From NCBI GenBank assembly GCA_030141605.1, contig JAQGDQ010000075.1, positions 648,269 through 712,268 on the forward strand: a DNA stretch of 64,000 bases. Direction: 5' to 3'. Made by a program: the position numbers and the translations under genes. Numbering within the stretch: the first letter of the stretch is position 1; every line of letters begins with the position of its first letter. This DNA comes from Tubiluchus corallicola. Lineage: Eukaryota; Animalia; Priapulida. Positions 54,397 through 64,000 of this stretch are shown here, piece by piece. The notes beneath the pieces were generated by a model, which saw only the letters and a program-made list of their open reading frames with translations, was not told the origin of the DNA and searched no databases.

Positions 54397-57300
54397 ATGG
54401 GGCAAATAGTTTACTTTATGATTCAAAGCATCATCATACTGGAATCAGTAAAACTATGTCTAGCAGAGGGAACGGCCCCAACAGAGCAATCGGTAGTAAC
54501 AACAGAAGTTGTTCTTGTGACAACAGAGGCAGTACAAGTAACAACAGAAGCAGCAGTTGTTACAACAGAAGAACCAGTACTAACCACAGCAGAACCAGTG
54601 CTAACAACTGAAACAGGTGTTGTGACAACAGAAGAACCAGCAGCAATAACAACAGAGCAACCAGTGATAACAACTGAAGAACCAGTGGTAACAACAGAGG
54701 AACCAGTGATAACAACTGAAGCAGCACTCGTGACAACAGAAGAATCATTAGTAACAACGGAGGAACCATTGATAACAACTGAAGCAGCTGTTGTGACAAC
54801 TGAGGAACCAGTGGTAACAACAGAGGAACAAGTGATCACAACTGAAGCAGCTGTTGTAACAACAGAGGAACCAGTGGTAACAACAGACGAACCATTGATA
54901 ACAACTGAAGAACCAGTGGTAACAACAGAGGAACCTTTGATAACAACTGAAGCAGCTGTTGTGACAACAGAGGAACCAGTGATAACAACAGAAGAACCAG
55001 TGGTAACAACAGAGGAACCATTGATAACATCTGAAGCAGCTGTTGTGACAACTGAAGAGCCAGTTGTAACAACAGAGGAACCATTGATAACAACAGAGGA
55101 ACCAGTGGTAACAACAGAGGAACCATTGATAACAACTGAAGAACCAGTGGTAACAACAGAGGAATCATTGATAACAACTGAAGAACCAGTGGTAACAACA
55201 GAGGAACCTTTGATAACAACTGAAGCAGCTGTTGTGACAACAGAGGAACCCGTGATAACAACTGAAGAACCAGTGGTAACAACAGAGGAACAAGTGATAA
55301 CAACTGAAGCAGCTGTTGTAACAACAGAAGAACCAGTGGTAACAACAGAAGAACAAGTGATAACAACTGAAGCAGCTGTTGCAACAACTGAAGAACCAGT
55401 GGTAACAACAGAGGAACAAGTGATAACAACTGAAGCAGCTGTTGTAACAACTGAAGAACCAGTGGTAACAACAGAGGAACTATTGGTAACAACTGAAGAA
55501 CCAGTGGTAACAACAGAAGAACCATTGATAACAACTGAAGCATTTGTTGTGACAACAGAGGAACCAGTGGTAACAACAGAGGAACCATTGATAACAACTG
55601 AAGCAGCTGTTGTGACAACAGAGGAACCGGTGGTAACAACAGAGGAACTAGTGATCACAACTGAAGCAGCTGTTGTAACAACAGAAGAACCAGTGGTAAC
55701 AACAGAAGAACAAGTGATAACAACTGAAGCAGCTGTTGCAACAACTGAAGAACCAGTGGTAACAACAGAGGAACAAGTGATAACAACTGAAGCAGCTGTT
55801 GTAACAACAGAAGAACCAGTGGTAACAACACAGGAACCATTGATAACAACTGAAGCAGCTGTTGTGACAACTGAAGAACCAGTGGTAACAACAGAGGAAC
55901 AACTGATAACAACTGAAGCAGCTGTTGTAACAACAGAAGAACCAGTGGTAACAACAGAGGAACCATTGATAACAACTGAAGCAGCTGTTGTGACAACAGA
56001 AGAACCATTAGTAACAACAGAGGAACTAGTAATAACAACAGAAGCAGCTATTGCGACAACAGAAGAACCAGTGGTAACAACAGAGGAACCATTGATAACA
56101 ACTGAAGCACCTGTTGTGACAACAGAAGAACCAGTGGTAACAACAGAGGAACAAGTGATAACAACAGAAGCAGCTGTTGTAACAACTGAAGAACCAGTGG
56201 TAACAACAGAGGAACCATTGATAACAACTGAAGCAGCTGTTGTGACAACAGAAGAACCATTAGTAACAACAGAGGAACTAGTGATAACAACAGAAGCAGC
56301 TGTTGTAACAACAGAAGAACCAGTGGTAACAACAGAGGAACCATTGATAACAACTGAAGCACCTGTTGTGACAACAGAAGAACCAGTGGTAACAACAGAG
56401 GAACCATTGATAACAACAGAAGCAGCTGTTGTAACAACTGAAGAACCAGTGGTAACAACAGAGGAACCATTGATAACAACTGAAGCAGCTGTTGTGACAA
56501 CAGAGGAACCAGTGGTAACAACAGAAGCTGCTGTTGTAACAACTGAAGAACCAGTGATAACAACTGAAGCAGCTGTTGTAACAACTGAAGAACCAGTGGT
56601 AACAACAGAGGAACAAGTGATAACAACTGAAGAACCAGTGGTAACAACAGAAGAACAAGTGATAACAACTGAAGCAGCTGTTGTAACAACAGAAGAACCA
56701 GTGATAACAACTGAAGCAGCTGTTGTAACAACTGAAGAACCAGTGGTAACAACAGAGGAACTAGTGATCACAACTGAAGCAGCTGTTGTAACAACAGAAG
56801 AACCAGTGGTAACAACAGAGGAACAAGTGATAACAACTGAAGCAGCTGTTGCAACAACTGAAGAACCAGTGGTAACAACAGAGGAACCATTGATGACAAC
56901 TGAAGCAGCTGTTGTGACAACTGAAGAACCAGTGGTAACAACAGAGGAACAAGTGATAACAACTGAAGCAGCTGTTGTAACAACTGAAGAACCAGTGGTA
57001 ACAACAGAGGAACAAGTGATAACAACTGAAGCAGCTGTTGTAACAACTGAAGAACCAGTGGTAACAACAGAGGAACCATTGATAACAACTGAAGCAGCTG
57101 TTGTGACAACAGAAGAACCAGTGGTAACAACAGAGGAACCAGTGGTAACAACTGAAGCAGCTGTTGTAACAACTGAAGAACCAGTGATAACAACTGAAGC
57201 AGCTGTTGTAACAACTGAAGAACCAGTGGTAACAACAGAGGAACAAGTGATAACAACTGAAGAACCAGTGGTAACAACAGAGGAACCAGTGATAACAACA

Positions 57301-60300
57301 GAAGCAGCTGTTGTAACAACTGAAGAACCAGTGGTAACAACAGAGGAACAAGTGATAACAACTGAAGCAGCTGTTGTAACAACAGAAGAACCAGTGGTAA
57401 CAACAGAGGAACAAGTGATAACAACTGAAGCAGCTGTTGTAACAACCGAAGAACCAGTGGTAACAACAGAAGCAGCTGTTGTAACAACTGAAGAACCAGT
57501 GGTAACAACAGAGGAATCATTGATAACAACAGAAGCAGCTATTGTGACAACAGAAGAACCATTAGTAACAACAGAGGAACTAGTGATCACAACTGAAGCA
57601 GTGGTAACAGCTGCTGTAACAACAGAAGAACCAGTGGGAACAACAGAGGAACCAATGATAACAACTGAAGCAGCTGTTTTGACAACAGAGGAACCAGTGG
57701 TAACAACAGAGGAACAAGTGGTAACAACAGAAGCTGCTGTTGTAACAACTGAAGAACCAGTGGTAACAACAGAGGAACCATTGATAACAACAGAAGCAGC
57801 TGTTGTGACAACTGAAGAACCAGTGGTAACAACAGAGGAACCATTGATAACAACTGAAGCAGCTGTTGTGACAACAGAGGAACCAGTGGTAACAACAGAG
57901 GAACAAGTGATAACAACTGAAGCAGCTGTTGTGACAACTGAAGAACCAGTGGTAACAACAGAGCAGTGGTAACAACAGAAGAACAAGTGATAACAACTGA
58001 AGCAGCTGTTGTAACAACAGAAGAACAAGTGGTAACAACAGAAGAACAAGTGATAACAACTGAAGAAGCTGTTGCAACAACTGAAGAACCAGTGGTAACA
58101 ACAGAGGAACCATTGATAACAACTGAAGCAGCTGTTGTGACAACAGAGGAACCAGTGGTAACAACAGAGGAACAAGTGGTAACAACAGAAGCTGCTGTTG
58201 TAACAACTGAAGAACCAGTGGTAACAACAGAGGAACCATTGATAACAACAGAAGCAGCTGTTGTGACAACTGAAGAACCAGTGGTAACAACAGAGGAACC
58301 ATTGATAACAACTGAAGCAGCTGTTGTGACAACAGAGGAACCAGTGGTAACAACAGAGGAACAAGTGATAACAACTGAAGCAGCTGTTGTAACAACTGAA
58401 GAACCAGTGGTAACAACAGAGGAACAAGTGATAACAACTGAAGAACCAGTGGTAACAACAGAAGAACAAGTGATAACAACTGAAGCAGCTGTTGTAACAA
58501 CTGAAGAACCAGTGGTAACAACAGAAGAACAAGTGATAACAACTGAAGCAGCTGTTGCAACAACTGAAGAACCAGTGGTAACAACAGAGGAACCATTGAT
58601 AACAACTGAAGCAGCTGTTGCAACAACTGAAGAACCAGTGGTAACAACAGAGGAACCAGTGATAACAACAGAAGCAGCTGTTGTAACAACTGAAGAACCA
58701 GTGGTAACAACAGAGGAACCATTGATAACAACAGAAGCAGCTGTTGTGACAACTGAAGAACCAGTGGTAACAACAGAGGAACCATTGATAACAACTGAAG
58801 CAGCTGTTGTGACAACAGAGGAACCAGTGGTAACAACAGAGGAACAAGTGATAACAACTGAAGCAGCTGTTGTAACAACTGAAGAACCAGTGGTAACAAC
58901 AGAGGAACAAGTGATAACAACTGAAGAACCAGTGGTAACAACAGAAGAACAAGTGATAACAACTGAAGCAGCTGTTGTGACAACTGAAGAACCAGTGGTA
59001 ACAACAGAGGAACAAGTGATAACAACTGAAGAACCAGTGGTAACAACAGAAGAACAAGTGGTAACAACAGAAGAACAAGTGATAACAACTGAAGCAGCTG
59101 TTGCAACAACAGAAGAACCAGTGGTAACAACAGAGGAACCATTGATAACAACTGAAGCAGCTGTTGTGACAACAGAGAACCAGTGGTAACAACAGAGAAC
59201 GTTAACAACTGAAGAACCAGTGGTAACAACAGAGGAACCAGTGATAACAACTGAAGCAGCTGTTGTAACAACAGAAGAACCAGTGGTAACAACAGAGGAA
59301 CTAGTGATCACAACTGAAGCAGCTGTTGTAACAACAGAAGAACCAGTGGTAACAACAGAGGAACCATTGATAACAACAGAAGCAGCTGTTGTGACAACAG
59401 AAGAACCAGTGGTAACAACAGAGGAACCATTGATAACAACAGAAGCAGCTGTTGTAACAACTGAAGAACCAGTGGTAACAACAGAGGAACCATTGATAAC
59501 AACAGAAGCAGCTGTTGTGACAACAGAAGAACCAGTGGTAACAACAGAGGAACTAGTGATAACAACTGAAGCAGCTGTTGTAACAACTGAAGAACCAGTG
59601 GTAACAACAGAGGAACCAGTGATAACAACTGAAGCAGCTGTTGTGACAACTGAAGAACCAGTGGTAACAACAGAGGAACCATTGATAACAACTGAAGCAG
59701 TTGTTGTGACAACAGAGGAACCAGTGGTAACAACTGAAGCAGCTGTTGTGACAACTGAAGAACCAGTGATAACAACAGAGGAACCATTGATAACAACTGA
59801 AGCAGCTGTTGTGACAACAGAAGAACCAGTGGTAACAACAGAGGAACTAGTGATAACAACTGAAGAGCAGTTGTAACAACAGAGGAACAAGTGATAACAA
59901 CTGAAGAACCAGTGGTAACAACAGAGGAACTAGTGATCACAACTGAAGCAGCTGTTGTAACAACAGAAGAACCAGTGGTAACAACAGAGGAACTAGTGAT
60001 AACAACAGAAGCAGCTGTTGTGACAACAGAAGAACCAGTGGTAACAACAGAGGAACTAGTGATAACAACTGAAGCAGCTGTTGTAACAACTGAAGAACCA
60101 GTGGTAACAACAGAGGAACCATTGATAACAACAGAAGCAGCTATTGTAACAACAGAAGAACCAGTGGTAACAACAGAGGAACCATTGATAACAACAGAAG
60201 CAGCTATTGTAACAACAGAAGAACCAGTGGTAACAACAGAGGAACTAGTGATAACAACTGAAGCAGCTGTTGTAACAACAGAAGAACCATTAGTAACAAC

Positions 60301-63300
60301 AGAGGAACTAGTGATAACAACTGAAGCAGCTGTTGTGACAACAGAAGAACTAGTAGTAACAACAGAGGAACCATTGATAACAACTGAAGCAGCTGTTGTA
60401 ACAACTGAAGAACCAGTGGTAACAACAGAGGAACAAGTGATAACAACTGAAGAACCAGTGGTAACAACAGACAGTGGTAACAACTGAAGAACCAGTGGTA
60501 ACAACAGAAGAACAAGTGATAACAACTGAAGCAGCTGTTGTAACAACTGAAGAACCAGTGGTAACAACAGAGGAACAAGTGATAACAACTGAAGAGCCAG
60601 TGGTAACAACAGAGGAACAAGTGATAACAACTGAAGAACCAGTGGTAACAACAGAAGAACAAGTGGTAACAACAGAAGAACAAGTGATAACAACTGAAGC
60701 AGCTGTTGTAACAACTGAAGAACCAGTGGTAACAACAGAAGAACAAGTGATAACAACTGAAGCAGCTGTTGTAACAACAGAAGAACCAGTGGTAACAACA
60801 GAGGAACCATTGATAACAACTGAAGCAGCTGTTGTGACAACAGAAGAACCAGTGGTAACAACAGAGGAACAAGTGATAACAACTGAAGCAGCTGTTGTAA
60901 CAACAGAAGAACAAGTGGTAACAACAGAGGAACCATTGATAACAACTGAAGCAGCTGTTGTGACAACTGAAGAACCAGTGGTAACAACAGAGGAACCAGT
61001 GATAACAACTGAAGCAGTTGTTGTCACAACTGAAGAACCAGTGGTAACAACAGAGGAACCATTGATAACAACTGAAGCAGCTGTTGTGACAACTGAAGAA
61101 CCAGTGGTAACAACAGAGGAACCATTGATAACAACTGAAGCAGCTGTTGTGACAACAGAGGAACCAGTGGTAACAACAGAGGAACAAGTGATAACAACTG
61201 AAGCAGCTGTTGTGACAACTGAAGAACCAGTGGTAACAACAGAGGAACCATTGATAACAACTGAAGCAGCTGTTGTGACAACAGAGGAACCAGTGGTAAC
61301 AACAGAGGTACCAGTGATAACAACTGAAGCAGCTGTTGTGACAACTGAAGAACCAGTGGTAACAACAGAGGAACAAGTGATAACAACTGAAGAACCAGTG
61401 GTAACAACAGAAGAACCAGTGGTAACAACAGAAGAACCAGTGATAACAACTGAAGCAGCTGTTGTAACAACTGAAGAACCAGTGGTAACAACAGAGGAAC
61501 AAGTGATAACAACTGAAGAACCAGTGGTAACAACAGAAGAACCAGTGATAACAACGAAGCAGCTGTGACAACAGTGTAACAACTGAAGACCAGTGGTAAC
61601 AACAGAGGAACAAGTGATAACAACTGAAGAACCAGTGGTAACAACAGAAGAACAAGTGGTAACAACAGAAGAACAAGTGATAACAACTGAAGCAGCTGTT
61701 GCAACAACTGAAGAACCAGTGGTAACAACAGAGGAACCATTGATGACAACTGAAGCAGCTGTTGTGACAACTGAAGAACCAGTGGTAACAACAGAGGAAC
61801 AAGTGATAACAACTGAAGCAGCTGTTGTCACAACTGAAGAACCAGTGGTAACAACAGAGGAACCAGTGATAACAACTGAAGCAGCTGTTGTGACAACTGA
61901 AGAACCAGTGGTAACAACAGAGGAACAAGTGATAACAACTGAAGCAGCTGTTGTCACAACTGAAGAACCAGTGGTAACAACAGAGGAACCATTGATAACA
62001 ACTGAAGCAGCTGTTGTGACAACTGAAGAACCAGTGGTAACAACAGAGGAACCATTGATAACAACTGAAGCAGCTGTTGTGACAACAGAAGAACCAGTGG
62101 TAACAACAGAGGAACCAGTGATAACAACAGAAGCAGCTGTTGTAACAACTGAAGAACCAGTGGTAACAACAGAGGAACCATTGATAACAACAGAAGCAGC
62201 TGTTGTGACAACAGAAGAACCATTAGTAACAACAGAGGAATTAGTGATAACAACAGAAGCAGCTTTTGTGACAACAGAAGAACCAGTGGTAACAACAGAG
62301 GAACCATTGATAACAACAGAAGCAGCTATTGTGACAACAGAAGAACCAGTGGTAACAACAGAGGAACCATTGATAACAACTGAAGCAGCTGTTGTGACAA
62401 CAGAAGAACCGGTGGTAACAACAGAGGAACTAGTGATCACAACTGAAGCAGCTGTTGTAACAACAGAAGAACCAGTGGTAACAACAGAGGAACAAGTGAT
62501 AACAACTGAAGAACCAGTGGTAACAACAGAGGAACTAGTGATAACAACTGAAGCAGCTGTTGTAACAACAGAAGAACCAGTGGTAACAACAGAGGAACCA
62601 GTGATAACAACTGAAGCAGCTGTTGTAACAACAGAAGAACCAGTGGTAACAACAGAGGAACCAGTGATCACAACTGAAGCAGCTGTTGTAACAACAGAAG
62701 AACCATTGGTAACAACAGAGGAACCATTGATAACAACAGAAGCAGCTGTTGTAACAACTGAAGAACCAGTGGTAACAACAGAGGAACTAGTGATCACAAC
62801 TGAAGCAGCTGTTGTAACAACTGAAGAACCAGTGGTAACAACAGAGGAACCAGTGATAACAACTGAAGCAGCTGTTGTGACAACAGAAGAACCAGTAGTA
62901 ACAACAGAGGAACAAGTGATAACAACAGAAGCTGCTGTTGTAACAACTGAAGAACCAGTGGTAACAACAGAGGAACCATTGATAACAGCAGAAGCAGCTG
63001 TTGTGACAACTGAACAACCAGTGGTAACAACAGAGGAACCAGTGGTAACAACAGAGGAACAAGTGATAACAACTGAAGCAGCTGTTGTGTCAACTGAAGA
63101 ACCAGTGGTAACAACAGAGGAACCAGTGATAACAACTGAAGCAGCTGTTGTAACAACTGAAGAACCAGTGGTAACAACAGATGAAGTATTGATAACAACT
63201 GAAGCAGCTGTTGTAACAACTGAAGAACCAGTGGTAACAACTGAAGCAGCTGTTGTAACAACTGAAGAACCAGTGGTAACAACAGAAGCAGCTGTTGTAA

Positions 63301-63872
63301 CAACTGAAGAACCAGTGGTAACAACAGAGGAATCATTGATAACAACTGAAGCAGCTGTTGTAACAACAGAAGAACCATTAGTAACAACTGAGGAACAAGT
63401 GATAACAACAGAAGCAGCTGTTGTAACAACTGAAGAACCAGTGGTAACAACAGAGGAACCAGTGATAACAACTGAAGCAGCTGTTGTAACAACTGAAGAA
63501 CCAGTGGTAACAACAGATGAAGTATTGATAACAACTGAAGCAGCTGTTGTAACAACTGAAGAACCAGTGGTAACAACAGAGGAACAAGTGATAACAACTG
63601 AAGAACCAGTGGTAACAACAGAAGAACAAGTGGTAACAACAGAAGAACAAGTGATAACAACTGAAGCAGCTGTTGCAACAACTGAAGAACCAGTGGTAAC
63701 AACAGAGGAACCAGTGATAACAACTGAAGCAGCTGTTGTGACAACTGAAGAACCAGTGGTAACAACAGAGGAACCATTGATAACAACTGAAGCAGCTGTT
63801 GTAACAACTGAAGAACCAGTGGTTGGGCAACAACTAGAACGAAAGAGGGGAGAGAGAAGAGAGAATGAGTGA
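54397..63872 (+). CDS. Very large secreted or cell-surface mucin-like Thr/Glu/Val-rich repeat protein (about 3,100 aa if the frameshifts are errors); 3' end uncertain
   Basis: Acceptor at 54357, ATG 54397, signal-peptide-like MGQIVYFMIQSIIILESVKLCLA, then 1191 aa open. Repeats continue through several small deletions. Synonymous and conservative variation between units supports the plus frame. Confidence 0.8.
54494..63822 (+). repeat. 21-nt coding tandem repeat (about 445 heptads [VI]TTE[EA][PQAL][VL]) with 63-nt higher-order period
   Basis: Units TTEAAVV / TTEEPVV / TTEE(PL|QV|LV|PV)I recur in order. Confidence 0.97.
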
Positions 63873-63886
63873 GAGACAAAAGAGAG

Positions 63887-64000
<114 letters not shown>

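Noticed and set aside
54494-63822. CRISPR-like regular array
   Set aside because: No unique spacers, no cas genes, eukaryotic context; it is a coding tandem repeat.

Overview
AT-rich, intron-rich eukaryotic (invertebrate animal) genomic DNA. No prokaryotic features, CRISPR array, intact rRNA or tRNA were seen. (1) A split minus-strand neuropeptide gene that the ORF track misses. Exons 41974-41894, 20664-20542 and 18977-18942 splice in phase 0 to a 79-aa allatostatin-C/somatostatin-family precursor: signal peptide, propeptide, then KR-DYFRKCQLHPISCF-GRRK. Its promoter has TATA, Inr and a perfect CRE. (2) Directly downstream on the same strand lies an unidentified Gly/Tyr/Pro/His-rich protein. 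It has one candidate upstream exon (18343-18218) and two paralogous 3' exon cassettes (5741-5422 plus 5003-4865; 1950-1640). No first exon of its own was found. (3) A plus-strand gene with a signal-peptide-like start at 54397 and about 9.3 kb of 21-nt repeats encoding an acidic Thr/Glu/Val mucin-like protein. (4) Many decayed mobile elements: LINE fragments, Penelope-like pieces with hammerhead motifs, a Tc1 remnant, MITE/foldback elements, a tRNA/5S-chimeric SINE family, and microsatellites. All gene models were spliced by hand from sequence only and need transcript confirmation.
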